Origin: a virus
Taxonomy: Duplodnaviria; Caudoviricetes
Reading direction: 5' to 3' (one strand)
Virus record (IMG/VR): IMGVR_UViG_3300028888_000047
Location: 224,001 to 288,000 of that record
DNA length: 64,000 bases
Part shown: one piece after another, positions 47,495 through 58,609 of the stretch
Numbering within the stretch: the stretch's first letter is position 1
Layout: each line of letters begins with the position of its first letter
Position numbers and translations under genes: made by a program
The notes under the pieces: model-generated
Database searches by the model: none
What the model saw: only the letters and a program-made list of their open reading frames with translations
Told to the model about the DNA's origin: nothing

Positions 47495-50428
47495 CTATTT
47501 TTTATCGCATTTAGAGATGAACTGTTCATAGAACTTTTCAATTGCTGTACTACCTTGATTTAAGCCAAAATAAAAATAAAATGAATTATTATACAAAGGA
47601 AAAGCGTATTCTTGATTACCTGGATTATAATCTACAGCGACTTTATCATTCGTCGCGTCGTACCCATAAAAATGCCTTTCAAATTTTAATTCATTGTCTA
47701 AACTTATAGAATCTAAATTAGAGCCAAACCTAAAATCCAAATAATCTTTATTTCTATAATCTTTTGTTTTATTATTTTCCGTTCCTCCTGACGTATAATT
47801 TTGTGCGATATATTCCATTCTGCCATCAAAATTATTTGGGTATAAAAATTTTAAATCATATTTCTTATATCCGGTTAATTCGTTTGGGATTTCACCAATC
47901 AATTTTTTATAATTCATAGATGCAAATTGAGAACGAGAATCGACATCTTCAATTTCTCTTTTTGTAATCAAACCATCCATAAGCAACGTATCTGAATAAT
48001 CTGACCAATCAAGCGTAAAGTTATATGTTACATTACAATCAAGAGTTGTACCCAATTCACATATTCTTTCAACATTTGGAATTGTTTTTACATCACTTTG
48101 TGGTAATATTAGTTTAACTTCCTTTTCTATATCAAATATCCATATCTTATCTTTAATGTTTTGTGTTTTATAATACATTCCAAAAAACAAACCAGACCCC
48201 AAATAATACTTATACCTATCATCATTACTATCAACACCGTGTTCTTGCCAATAGTCTCCCCAATTCATTCCGTTAAATGACACTTTTGTATCCCCTTGAT
48301 AAGTGGTATTCCCACTATAAGATGGCTTATATGCGCCAATTGACGGAATATTAGATGTTGTCGTAGGTAAGTTGTACATTACTTTTGGAACGCCATCAAT
48401 ATCATCGTCCTTTAAACTACCTAACAATATTATATCAGTAGAAAAAAGTCTTATGTATTCACTTTCGTCTTTCTCCTCGATGTTTTTTAGCTTAGTACCA
48501 TAACTATAATAAAAAACATCGTCATCATATTTTGTTTTTTTATTTTTTATTATTCCATCATAAAACTCTTTACTACCATATGGCATTTTAGTGAATTTAT
48601 ATTTATAGCCATTTTTTTCATTGGTATAAACTGTATTTTCGGTTGGAATTCTTAAATTACAATTTGAATATATGTATGACCCACCGTTAAAAAGCATCAT
48701 TTTATTTGCAGTATCTTTAACTCTCTTACACTCACAAAATAAACTATCACGTTCTGCTTTCCCATTTTCAGTGTTTGCTTTGGTTTTTAAGTGCCAAAAC
48801 CACGAAGGAAAATAAAGACATCCGTTTAACCAATCATTATAAAAATCAAGACCTATACCTTCCTGTTCTTCCAAAACCTTTTCCACAGCAGCATCAATAC
48901 TTACAATATATGAATGACTTTTTAAAAAATTCCAAAACCCAACAAGAGAATACCAAAAATTTTCATCGCCATAGATTTTATTACGAACCAAATCTTGTAA
49001 TGCATGAAATGCGGGTATTGATAAATTTAAGTTTATTTTATTAAAAGGTAATAAATTATTTTTTTTCGCACCACTTTTGTTTACCCCCTTTATTGCTAGA
49101 TAATTTTCAATATAATCATATATATTTCTCTGTAATCTTGGAATATAACCTTTTACAGAATATACTTTATTCCAATATAAATCTCTAAAACAATCTTCAG
49201 GGGTATTCGTTCCAAACTCATAATAATCGTAATTTTCTTCACAATTTATTACTTTTTTATCAACCACCGGCTTGGTATACTTATTTATTAAGTCCGGATT
49301 ATTCGGTACAAGATACCTTGCCTTATGCGAACTTAAATTGTTAGCACCATTTTCATCAAGTGTTATTCTAAACCTAACTCTTGCCCTTGTCGGTATTCCT
49401 TTTGAAATGTCATTTGTTGGAACTATATTTCCCTTTTCATCGGTTCCAACATAATCAAGATTCATCGGTATCTGATAACACCATACACCATCACTATCAA
49501 TCAACTGATTGCCCTTAATGGTATATTCTTCAACATCACCATCTACTGTTTTTCTAATCATTTCAATGTTACCCTTACTTACAGTAAGTTGGCTTGCTTC
49601 CCCAACACTAGCATCAGGTATACAATCATGACTAATGTAACTTGAGCCGTCATCAGTTATAACGGACCCCAAGAACACACAAGTGGTTTCAAACTTATAT
49701 TCTAACGTTATATCCTTTCTTGTAATAGCTATTTCGTTAGAATCTTTATCTCCCCACAATGGATATACAGTAACAGATGTGCTCTGATTAAACAACTGAG
49801 GTAAATCGTCCAAATTGGTACTTTTCTTAAACTGCGTTGGACTTTCAAATAAATCAAGCGAATATCCTTTGTAAATGAAATCTCTTGGCTCTTGAGATAA
49901 AATTCCAATATCTGACAAATCAACGTCAACATGAAGCATTTGTTCTCCTGTAGGAACGCCAAATATCATATAATCTCCTGCGTTATTTGTTACTGTTGTA
50001 TATTTGTAATATTTGTCATATATTTCAATAACCGAATCATTGTCAAGAACAAGTTGTTTTTTTGGAAATGAACCAACCGCTTGGTGGCATTCAAATTCTT
50101 TATAATTTGGCAACAAATTATATTTTACGTTTCTACTATCAGTATCATTAACAAAGTTATATGGATATACTGTTCTTATATATTGATTTAATTTATCTGC
50201 CTCAGATAAAGGTATAAATACAGAAACCTTTGCGTTTGGAATTCCAAACGCATCATTAGCAAGAACTCTACCAACTATAACACCATAGTCGGCAGAGTGA
50301 AGCTTGTATAAATTCTCCTGGCTTAATTCAAGAGAAAGTATTTCATATATGTCAACATCTTGTTTAAGACTTACGTTTAAGTATTGGTCAGCCCCAATGT
50401 TGGCTTTAATTGTGTAACTATTATTCAT
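47495..50428 (-). CDS. Structural protein with carboxypeptidase-regulatory-like beta domain
   Basis: VIVGRVLAN..GIPNAKVSV..TTVTNNAGDYMIFGVPTG. Confidence 0.7.
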   Translation of the reverse strand: MNNSYTIKANIGADQYLNVSLKQDVDIYEILSLELSQENLYKLHSADYGVIVGRVLANDAFGIPNAKVSVFIPLSEADKLNQYIRTVYPYNFVNDTDSRNVKYNLLPNYKEFECHQAVGSFPKKQLVLDNDSVIEIYDKYYKYTTVTNNAGDYMIFGVPTGEQMLHVDVDLSDIGILSQEPRDFIYKGYSLDLFESPTQFKKSTNLDDLPQLFNQSTSVTVYPLWGDKDSNEIAITRKDITLEYKFETTCVFLGSVITDDGSSYISHDCIPDASVGEASQLTVSKGNIEMIRKTVDGDVEEYTIKGNQLIDSDGVWCYQIPMNLDYVGTDEKGNIVPTNDISKGIPTRARVRFRITLDENGANNLSSHKARYLVPNNPDLINKYTKPVVDKKVINCEENYDYYEFGTNTPEDCFRDLYWNKVYSVKGYIPRLQRNIYDYIENYLAIKGVNKSGAKKNNLLPFNKINLNLSIPAFHALQDLVRNKIYGDENFWYSLVGFWNFLKSHSYIVSIDAAVEKVLEEQEGIGLDFYNDWLNGCLYFPSWFWHLKTKANTENGKAERDSLFCECKRVKDTANKMMLFNGGSYIYSNCNLRIPTENTVYTNEKNGYKYKFTKMPYGSKEFYDGIIKNKKTKYDDDVFYYSYGTKLKNIEEKDESEYIRLFSTDIILLGSLKDDDIDGVPKVMYNLPTTTSNIPSIGAYKPSYSGNTTYQGDTKVSFNGMNWGDYWQEHGVDSNDDRYKYYLGSGLFFGMYYKTQNIKDKIWIFDIEKEVKLILPQSDVKTIPNVERICELGTTLDCNVTYNFTLDWSDYSDTLLMDGLITKREIEDVDSRSQFASMNYKKLIGEIPNELTGYKKYDLKFLYPNNFDGRMEYIAQNYTSGGTENNKTKDYRNKDYLDFRFGSNLDSISLDNELKFERHFYGYDATNDKVAVDYNPGNQEYAFPLYNNSFYFYFGLNQGSTAIEKFYEQFISKCDKK

Positions 50429-50431
50429 TCT

Positions 50432-52426
50432 TTATATCAACTTTGTTCTAACTTGAATATCACTGGATGGGTTATATATTTCAAAACAACTATTATAATC
50501 ACTTAATAAAACGTGGTCAATAGAGTCCAAATCTATTTTAAATGAGTCAGCATTACTATCCACTTTAAATATTCCGCCTTCTTTTGACTCAGAATAAGGG
50601 CATTTATCTGAACTATATGCTCCATTATAAATGTTATATACTTCAAAATTAATCATTGATATTACTCCATCTATTAGCATTATTTCCTTTTCTAAATCGC
50701 CCACGAATATATTTTCTCCCATATCGTGTCTATCTATAGACATATATTCTTTAATCTTTTCAATAACATTAGTAATAACGGTAGGCACATCATAGGTTTT
50801 ACTTACAAATATATCAACTGAAAAACCCAAATTGTATATTTTTCCGCTCCTGCATTCTATATAATCGCCAAGAGTTTTATAATGCGACATATATTCTTCT
50901 ATATTTTCGACCAATGTTTCAGGTAATGCTTTTACAAGTTTTCCATTGGCGTTCATACCAAGCATACTAATTACTATTTTGTTATTTTCTTCAATTGCAG
51001 AAACCCTATACGGCGCTCCATATTTAGGGGGCATCATCATCAGCCTATATTTATAGTCCTTTACAGTAATACATCTTTCTTGAGAAGCATTATTGTATTT
51101 TGTAAGATATTTTATTTCTTCTGTTGATGGTGCGTCTTTTCCTGCAACAGCAGTACTTGTATTTGTAACGCTTAATGAATTTAAAATACTTCCCCTAATG
51201 TTGGCAACAGATGTATCGGTCGTAGCGTTTTGCTTAAATTCAGCAACTGTAAGCGAAATAGAATTAATCGCTCCAACTCCTATGTTGCTTGACACACCTC
51301 CACCTACTCTATATAACACAAACATTGTCCAACCTTCTCTAGGTAACACACCAAGCATATCATTATTAATAATATTTGACATTATTCTTTCAGAAAACTT
51401 GGTTTTAACTTTTGGTAATTCATCATATAAAACGCCACTACCAAAAATAAGTTTTATATATCCATTATCTGTATATTCAGTGATAAATTTTTGTGTTATT
51501 GGCTTCCACTTACCTCTATAATATCTTGTGGTTCTTATTGAGCTTCCATTGTCATCTGTTTCGGTATAATCATCATACATTTCTGGGTTGAAATAATCCT
51601 GTAATATGCCATTATCTATTTTTACTTCGGACATAAACCTATATTGTTCAGCCAAAGAATCCACCTCAAAAAATCTAAATGTATCAGCAGCTTCTGATGT
51701 CATTTTATATTGTTCCGAATCAACATAAAACTCAGAAATTTCTGGGTCATTCTGAAAATTAGATGTTTCTTTAAAAATTACAGATTCAATATTCATAACA
51801 TTCTTTTCAGGCAGTACAATTTCCATAAAAGGCTTTAAATCTTGTTTTAATATCACCTTTTTATATATTCTTGTGCTACCATTTACAGCTAATGTGCTTT
51901 TTGTTACCGTGTATGCAGTTACAATACCATTAGTGTTTCTAAGTGGAACAAACGTTCTATTAGAATATCCATTTTTATTAAATTGTTCACTAAAATCAAC
52001 ATCTTCATATAATTGAAAATTAAGATTTCCGGCCGATACAACAGTACTTTTCTTAACTATTGGGGCATAATTCCAATCTGGAGAAGATATGTTACCAGTA
52101 GTAGTATCTCCTACCGGTAACACACAGCTTAATTCAATCTCACACATACTTGCCTTTGGACCAGGAACCTTTAAACCATTTGTACGGGCAATATTTAGAA
52201 CGGTGCTTTTTAACTTAGCACTATTCACGTTTGTCTCTTGATACATACGGTCAATATGGTATGATAAGTTATCTCCAACAGAAGATACCAAATCAATAAA
52301 CCAAGACCCAACACTTGAGTCGTTAAAACTATCTGATAGTTCAGGATAATACTTATTACTGAACTTTATTAACTCAGATTTATAATCATCAAAATTTCTA
52401 GCTAAAAAATTTATTCCTTTTTCCAT
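50432..52426 (-). CDS. Baseplate wedge protein (T4 gp6/J-like)
   Basis: ARNFDDYK..LSYHID, YRVGGGVSSN, AGKDAPSTEEIK, QERCITVKDY. Confidence 0.88.
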   Translation of the reverse strand: MEKGINFLARNFDDYKSELIKFSNKYYPELSDSFNDSSVGSWFIDLVSSVGDNLSYHIDRMYQETNVNSAKLKSTVLNIARTNGLKVPGPKASMCEIELSCVLPVGDTTTGNISSPDWNYAPIVKKSTVVSAGNLNFQLYEDVDFSEQFNKNGYSNRTFVPLRNTNGIVTAYTVTKSTLAVNGSTRIYKKVILKQDLKPFMEIVLPEKNVMNIESVIFKETSNFQNDPEISEFYVDSEQYKMTSEAADTFRFFEVDSLAEQYRFMSEVKIDNGILQDYFNPEMYDDYTETDDNGSSIRTTRYYRGKWKPITQKFITEYTDNGYIKLIFGSGVLYDELPKVKTKFSERIMSNIINNDMLGVLPREGWTMFVLYRVGGGVSSNIGVGAINSISLTVAEFKQNATTDTSVANIRGSILNSLSVTNTSTAVAGKDAPSTEEIKYLTKYNNASQERCITVKDYKYRLMMMPPKYGAPYRVSAIEENNKIVISMLGMNANGKLVKALPETLVENIEEYMSHYKTLGDYIECRSGKIYNLGFSVDIFVSKTYDVPTVITNVIEKIKEYMSIDRHDMGENIFVGDLEKEIMLIDGVISMINFEVYNIYNGAYSSDKCPYSESKEGGIFKVDSNADSFKIDLDSIDHVLLSDYNSCFEIYNPSSDIQVRTKLI

Positions 52427-52815
52427 TACAATTGTGCAATTATACTGTCATTAGTTAATTTATTTCCTTCTTTTACAGAATAATCCATCCTCACAAATAT
52501 CTCAGCTCTCTCATCATTGCTCTGAACGACCCTTATATCATTCATTATACAATTTGGAACATACCTTTGCACGGATGCAACTATCTCATTCTTAACACTT
52601 TCCCATGTTTCAGAGTCATTTGGGCTGAATATATATTTAATTAAATCTGTACCAAACTCAGGATTTCTTATTCTTTGACCCTTTGGGGTGAATATCACAT
52701 GCATTATCTGACTCCTAACCTTATCCTTCTCAGTCATATTAACATCACAAAAGAAGTTCTGATAATCATTAGTAGTGAAAGGAAATTTTATGTTAAAATA
52801 CTGCCTTTTTGCCAT
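52426..52815 (-). CDS. Baseplate protein gp25/GPW-like
   Basis: IFTPKGQRIRNPEFGTDLIKYIF. Confidence 0.9.
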   Translation of the reverse strand: MAKRQYFNIKFPFTTNDYQNFFCDVNMTEKDKVRSQIMHVIFTPKGQRIRNPEFGTDLIKYIFSPNDSETWESVKNEIVASVQRYVPNCIMNDIRVVQSNDERAEIFVRMDYSVKEGNKLTNDSIIAQL

Positions 52816-52887
52816 CGTTACATTTTTAATATATAATTATCTAAAAGATAACTTTTTATCAATGTTTGTAAACAAAAAAAGACAGCT

Positions 52888-53382
52888 TCATTTAGCTGCC
52901 TTTTTCCAAAACAAATTGGTAATATCTTTAAATTCTATCTTCTTAGCTCCATCCTGCAATCTTTCATGAGATAATTTATATAACCGTTGATTGGTAGTTT
53001 CTTTATTAAGTCCTCCCAATTTTTCATCATAATGCCCAAGCTTAATATAATCAAACCAATCGAACTCAACATTTTTATAAAAATTATCCATTCCGCTGTA
53101 CCACCCGACCTTTAATCCTCTAACCTCATGAACATATTCAGCAAGAGCACAAATTGCATCAGGAGAAGCGTCACCACCCATAAAACAAACACAAGATATG
53201 CCATCGTTTTTATCAATTAATGAATCAAGTTCATCGGTTGTTAATTCAGTTCCAACATCATCCCATAAAAACTTTGAATGGCACCCCGGACATTTGCAAG
53301 GGCAGTTTGTTATATTGATTGCCAATGTTATTTCATCTGGTATTTCTTCAAATACCACCATTGAATTGTAATATTTAACCAT
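52888..53382 (-). CDS. nrdG: Anaerobic RNR activating enzyme (radical SAM)
   Basis: CPCKCPGCH, CFMGGD, TTNQRLY. Confidence 0.92.
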   Translation of the reverse strand: MVKYYNSMVVFEEIPDEITLAINITNCPCKCPGCHSKFLWDDVGTELTTDELDSLIDKNDGISCVCFMGGDASPDAICALAEYVHEVRGLKVGWYSGMDNFYKNVEFDWFDYIKLGHYDEKLGGLNKETTNQRLYKLSHERLQDGAKKIEFKDITNLFWKKAAK

Positions 53383-53638
53383 TTTCCAACTCGTTTAACT
53401 TATTTTCCAAATCCTGCACATTGAAAAGCCCAATAAATCTACCAACCTCTTTGTTATTTTCATCAATAATGATTGTTGTCGGCACATTTCTAATGCCATA
53501 ATTCATTAATTCCTTTTCGTCTGCGTCATCAACATCAACCTTTTCTATTTCGCATCTATTGAAATTCTTCAATTTCTGCTCCAATACCCTGCATGGACCA
53601 CACCATGAGGCTGAAAACTTCTTAATCTTATATTTCAT
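53375..53638 (-). CDS. Thioredoxin
   Basis: WCGPC. Confidence 0.92.
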   Translation of the reverse strand: MKYKIKKFSASWCGPCRVLEQKLKNFNRCEIEKVDVDDADEKELMNYGIRNVPTTIIIDENNKEVGRFIGLFNVQDLENKLNELENG

Positions 53639-53686
53639 CTTTTAAACACATTTTAAATAAATGGAGTACACTTGGTACTCCATATT

Positions 53687-55882
53687 TTATTCTTTGTTAT
53701 AATATCTCATTTTTGCTTCAACCTGCCTTGGCTCGCAAAATGAACTTTCTCTTTTTAAATAACCTATTATTCTTGTTAAATAATCCAAGTTTTTACTTCC
53801 ACATTTAGGGCAAGAATCTAACGTATCTTTACTTATATATCCACATTCGTTACAAACTGTATTTTTGCAATTGAATGTAAAATAACTGCACCCATATTCA
53901 GAAGCAACCCTCAATAATTGTCTATATTGGTCAAACGATAAGTGTTCGTTTATGTTAATGTGGGCAGCTTGGCCTCCATCGCACCATTTAACAAAGTCGT
54001 TGCCGTGCAATTTCATTTTATCAAGTATAGATAAGCTACTATCTTCTGGATTAAAGAAATAACTACTATACATTATATGTTTAGGAGAAACATAATACCC
54101 GTCCTTTTTATCCCAATTATAGTTTTTATTAGAGAGATTTTCACCTGGTACAAATTCTGTATTGTACATGCAATCTCTTGTTCTATCTTTTTTGTTAGAA
54201 ACATTAATTGTTTCGAGAATTGTATTTACAAATTCTTTATAGTAATCATTCAAATTTGCATCTATTGATAAAAATTCTGCTGCATCTGTTAAACCGTTTA
54301 CGCCAACCGTCAAATATTGTTTTTTCATATTTATAAAGCCGCCTTTATAAACATCTAACATGTTAGCGTTAAAGAAATCCTTTATAATTTCATTAAAAGC
54401 TCTTTGGTACTTATGCACTCTTTCTGTCATTTCAGTAATTCCATCATGAATGTACGAATAAAGTAACTTTTTATCTTTTACACTTTTAATATCTACTTGT
54501 TTTCCTTTTTCAATATCAGTATTTTCAACTTCTTTGAAATATAACCTCGTTGCGTTTTGTATGACTCTATTTAAATTAATTGTCATAACAGATTTAGAAC
54601 CAGTTGCTACTGACGCTGTTCCCATTGAGAATTGATGCGTCGTATGATTGTGTTCTTCATCTAACTCGCTGTCTTTCAATGAGTTACGAAGTCTACAGCA
54701 GCTTGAGAGACTGTCTGGCGAATCACTTAAATAGCAGAAGAATGAATGACCTTCAGACCACATTTCTGCTGTAAAATCAGCATATTCTTTGTCAACTATA
54801 TCGTGGCCATCTGTAAGCATTGCCATTGTTTCCACGGGAAATGTTAAAACATATTTGGTTCTTTCTTCATTAAACCATTTCATAAATTTCTTCTGCAACC
54901 AAGACAATGTTTCCCACTTTGGTTCAGTTCCATCTGGAAATTTAAATCCGCTAAAAACGCCTTCAAAATAGTTTCTATCAAAATAACCTACATTCCAGAA
55001 GACCGTCTGGTAGCCGCGATTTCCGGCTGGCATATTCATTGAATGTACTACTTGTTGGAAACAATTCTCAATCACTTGTTCAAGAGTTCTGCCTTTCCTG
55101 TTTATTTCAACCTTTTCACCTAATTTACTTAAATAATCATCGCCATAATCTTTTCTAATGAAATAATCCATATACATCAAAAACTCAGGTGTAGCAACGG
55201 CTCCCATAAATTGCGAAGATACAGAATAAACAAGATTAATGAATTCTCCACAGTAAGACTTTAAATCTGTTGGCGCTGTTGATTGGCCTCCAAGATTTTT
55301 TAATCCATCTACAAGGAAAGGATACATCGTTATAGCTACACAATATGGATAGCCTGGAGTTCCACTTTCATCGTGCTTGTAAAGCACATGACTTTCAAGG
55401 TCTTTTATATATTGGTCTGCTAATTTTTTAGAATATAATGCTTTAATCTTATTGTGCATTATATATCTATTTTGCTGAATATTCTTGCCTTTGTGTAGTT
55501 CTTGACCAAGAGTTACAACATTTTTGTTTTCTACATTTGCATTTGAGTCGTATTTTGAACCTGTTGAAGCGTTCGAAGCATCAATATAGTCTCTTATGAA
55601 ATCACTATCTTTCTTTAGAGTTTTATTTTTTCCTTCAGCTTCTTCATATGCTTTAATATACGCTCTCGCAACTTTTTTATTGACTGACATTAAGGCTTCT
55701 TCTATTTGCCTTCTTATTTCCTGAGAACTAATTTTATCATATATTAAAAGGTTTTTTATTAATGAATCAATTAATCCGTCAGGACAAATTTCATTTGTGG
55801 CTACATATGCCTCACAAATGCCATGTTTAATTTTAGAGGCATCATAATCCTCAAAAGAGTCATCGTTTTTTCTTACTTCCAT
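53687..55882 (-). CDS. nrdD: Class III ribonucleotide reductase with ATP cone
   Basis: ATP cone, SSCCRL, EFVPGEN, CNEC..CPKC, TRIIGYL. Confidence 0.96.
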   Translation of the reverse strand: MEVRKNDDSFEDYDASKIKHGICEAYVATNEICPDGLIDSLIKNLLIYDKISSQEIRRQIEEALMSVNKKVARAYIKAYEEAEGKNKTLKKDSDFIRDYIDASNASTGSKYDSNANVENKNVVTLGQELHKGKNIQQNRYIMHNKIKALYSKKLADQYIKDLESHVLYKHDESGTPGYPYCVAITMYPFLVDGLKNLGGQSTAPTDLKSYCGEFINLVYSVSSQFMGAVATPEFLMYMDYFIRKDYGDDYLSKLGEKVEINRKGRTLEQVIENCFQQVVHSMNMPAGNRGYQTVFWNVGYFDRNYFEGVFSGFKFPDGTEPKWETLSWLQKKFMKWFNEERTKYVLTFPVETMAMLTDGHDIVDKEYADFTAEMWSEGHSFFCYLSDSPDSLSSCCRLRNSLKDSELDEEHNHTTHQFSMGTASVATGSKSVMTINLNRVIQNATRLYFKEVENTDIEKGKQVDIKSVKDKKLLYSYIHDGITEMTERVHKYQRAFNEIIKDFFNANMLDVYKGGFINMKKQYLTVGVNGLTDAAEFLSIDANLNDYYKEFVNTILETINVSNKKDRTRDCMYNTEFVPGENLSNKNYNWDKKDGYYVSPKHIMYSSYFFNPEDSSLSILDKMKLHGNDFVKWCDGGQAAHININEHLSFDQYRQLLRVASEYGCSYFTFNCKNTVCNECGYISKDTLDSCPKCGSKNLDYLTRIIGYLKRESSFCEPRQVEAKMRYYNKE

Positions 55883-56070
55883 TAAAGCAAAACTTTAAAT
55901 TAATTATTTTTACATTTCGGTTAACCATTTTTTTATTTTTTACATCTTGATGTGAAAATAAATATGCCGAAAAAAAATAAAAATCGCCAAAAAAATTAAA
56001 TTAAAATTGGCTATCTTTCTTAATTCAATGATAGCCAATGATTTTGGAAAAAAAATTTTTTTATTTTTTT

Positions 56071-57498
56071 TTATGGTGCATTTTTCTGCCTATTCATGAT
56101 ATTTACTATTTTATCTTGGATGTCTTTATCCCTATCTTTTTTAAAGGCTAACATACCGTTAAATTCATCAACATTATCAGTACTAATTATACAAGTACCA
56201 TTGTTAAATTCAACGTTATCAAAGACTTTTCCTGCCTTTCCTGCTCTATTTTTCAATATCGCAATAGTGGCCTTACTTTCTTCAATATCTTCAACTGTTC
56301 TTGCAATTGACATTACGATGTGAGCAATTTGAATCTTTTTGAAAGAGCCACCCGCTTTATCCATTGTAACTACTTCAACATTAAGTGAGTCCTTTGTGCC
56401 TTGAACTGGAATCCAAATACCAATGTTAAGTTCTCCTGCCATTGATTCGAACTTTCTCATTGTTTTTCCTTCCTTTTCCCATTTATCATCACTTGAATCA
56501 CCTTTGCAAAGAAGACATTCAAAATAGTCAACAATAACAAGGTCAGGACTAAAGCCCATATTTTTAAGTTTTATTATTAGCCTTTTTATATCATCAGCGG
56601 TTTTTTCTCCACTTGGTAATCTAATAATTCTAAGATTTCTTTGAAGGGTTTCCCTATCCTTATAATGCTCCAAAGTATATTTAACCTTATCAATATATTC
56701 AGGTTTTGATAAGTCTTTTGCTTCCACACCGGTTATTCTACCAAAATGCTTTCTTTGAATTTGTTTTACCCTGTCTTCAAAAACTATTTGTAACACTTTA
56801 TACCCGTCATTATTATTCTGTGGAGAACGATAAGTTGCTGCAAATGAAGCTATTGCTGTTGTTAGGCTCGTCTTACCGAATGAGCTGCTTCCAACTATAA
56901 CACCCAATTCTCCCTTTCCAAGTCCGCCTTCAAGCGTTTCATCTATTTTACCTATTCCTGTCGGTATTGCTATTCTATAGTCTTCTGACAATGTTTCTGC
57001 TTCATTTTCAAAAACACTGTGCCCTAAATCTTCGCTTGTTCCTTGCGTAAGAGCTTTATTGAGTATTTCAACGCATTTATCATAGTTTTCAATATCACCT
57101 TTACCTGCGATTTTAATAATCTCATTTGCGACGCGAATCATGTTTTGTTGTTTAAAGAATTTTTCAGATAATTCTCTTACAAAATTAGAATCTTCAGATG
57201 ACATTTGATGTATTTTATCAACTACAGCATCATAATACTCTTTTTCTGTAGAATTATGCGATTTGCTTGCTAAAACGAACTTTAGTGTATCATAATTGGC
57301 AGGTTTTCCTTCTTTTCTATAATATTCCCTCATAACCCCAACCAATGTTTTAAGGTTTGGGTCTGTAAAAAGGTTTTGGTCAATGATGTCGCACAAATCT
57401 TTGAAAAATTCTTTATCTTCAATAAATTCATGTACGAGTTTATACTGAAAGTCTTCTCCTAGAAAACCCAATTTATTTGTTTGTGCGTTCTTTGCCAT
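56071..57498 (-). CDS. Replicative DnaB-like helicase
   Basis: IPTGIGKIDETLEGGLGKGELG..GKT, IVDYFE, KNRAG. Confidence 0.92.
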   Translation of the reverse strand: MAKNAQTNKLGFLGEDFQYKLVHEFIEDKEFFKDLCDIIDQNLFTDPNLKTLVGVMREYYRKEGKPANYDTLKFVLASKSHNSTEKEYYDAVVDKIHQMSSEDSNFVRELSEKFFKQQNMIRVANEIIKIAGKGDIENYDKCVEILNKALTQGTSEDLGHSVFENEAETLSEDYRIAIPTGIGKIDETLEGGLGKGELGVIVGSSSFGKTSLTTAIASFAATYRSPQNNNDGYKVLQIVFEDRVKQIQRKHFGRITGVEAKDLSKPEYIDKVKYTLEHYKDRETLQRNLRIIRLPSGEKTADDIKRLIIKLKNMGFSPDLVIVDYFECLLCKGDSSDDKWEKEGKTMRKFESMAGELNIGIWIPVQGTKDSLNVEVVTMDKAGGSFKKIQIAHIVMSIARTVEDIEESKATIAILKNRAGKAGKVFDNVEFNNGTCIISTDNVDEFNGMLAFKKDRDKDIQDKIVNIMNRQKNAP

Positions 57499-57505
57499 TT
57501 TTCAA

Positions 57506-58255
57506 TTATTTTTTAGCGGTTTCTACTTCTAATCTCTTTTTTGCGTCTTCTGATGCCAATTTAAACCATTTCCTTTCCAATTTTCTGTTATGCGCTTCAA
57601 TGTTGTAATCATAAACTACTTCATTACCATCTTTATCTTTTCCATACTTTTCAGATAAAGTGTAATCGCCAATTTTGGCGTAAGTACCTTCATGAGTTGA
57701 GCAAGTTTCACATATTTGCTTTGTTATCTGTAGCAATAAATCAGATTTATCCATAATCATTGCCTTTAGAACCTGATGTTCAAAGCTCAGTCTATCTTCA
57801 TTTGTCTTAAAGAAAGATTCCTTATCATATGTATAAACCCTACCATCTTTAGAAACAATCTTAACTACCTTATTACTAATGTCAACCTTATCTCTAATCG
57901 CCTTTGGGTATGCATATCCGTCCCAAATCTTACTAATTACCACTTTTTTCTTATCCAACACTTCAAACTTGAATGTGCATTCCCAAGGCTCAATTGGCTT
58001 GCCTACTAATTCGTCAAACACTTCAGGTTCTGCCGGATTAAAGAAATACCACGTATAAACTCTACTTTTAGACTTCAAATCATTATCAATCATATTAACG
58101 ATTTCATCCACTTTGTCTTTAAACTCCATAGACTCCATACTGTGTTCAATAAAATCATTGATTTTAAAGTTTCGTTTACAAATAATGTTGTTATTTACAT
58201 ACAACGCAAATTCAAATCTCTCTTCCTTGTAAGTTTGTTCTTTTAAGTTAGCCAT
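57506..58255 (-). CDS. Hypothetical protein, replication cluster
   Basis: ORF in operon. Confidence 0.75.
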   Translation of the reverse strand: MANLKEQTYKEERFEFALYVNNNIICKRNFKINDFIEHSMESMEFKDKVDEIVNMIDNDLKSKSRVYTWYFFNPAEPEVFDELVGKPIEPWECTFKFEVLDKKKVVISKIWDGYAYPKAIRDKVDISNKVVKIVSKDGRVYTYDKESFFKTNEDRLSFEHQVLKAMIMDKSDLLLQITKQICETCSTHEGTYAKIGDYTLSEKYGKDKDGNEVVYDYNIEAHNRKLERKWFKLASEDAKKRLEVETAKK

Positions 58256-58289
58256 AACTAAATAAAAATTAATTGTTAAACATATATTT

Positions 58290-58538
58290 TTAAAAAACTC
58301 TATTCTGTGCTGCTTTTATAAAATATCTAAGCGCTTTTTCTGACGTGTCCATGTATTTAAACACCTTTGTGTTATAATATGTTTCTTCACCGTCATTAAA
58401 TGTTTTATAATATACCAATTTATATGCAGTTTTACCATCAAAATCGTTTATAAATTCGCCATGAAATGAATAATTTGGATTTCTAAACTGTAATAATGAT
58501 ATTGTTTCTTGATATTTTCTTATCAATTCCTCATTCAT
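58290..58538 (-). CDS. Hypothetical protein
   Basis: First ORF after promoter. Confidence 0.65.
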   Translation of the reverse strand: MNEELIRKYQETISLLQFRNPNYSFHGEFINDFDGKTAYKLVYYKTFNDGEETYYNTKVFKYMDTSEKALRYFIKAAQNRVF

Positions 58539-58575
58539 AACAAATATTTTTTAAATTTAACATCTATTAACACTA

Positions 58576-58607
58576 CAAATATACAAAACATTTTTTTAAA
58601 AAACAAA
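58576..58607 (-). promoter_or_regulatory. Bacteroidota-type promoter
   Basis: TTTG-N20-TATATTTG. Confidence 0.8.
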
Positions 58608-58609
58608 TT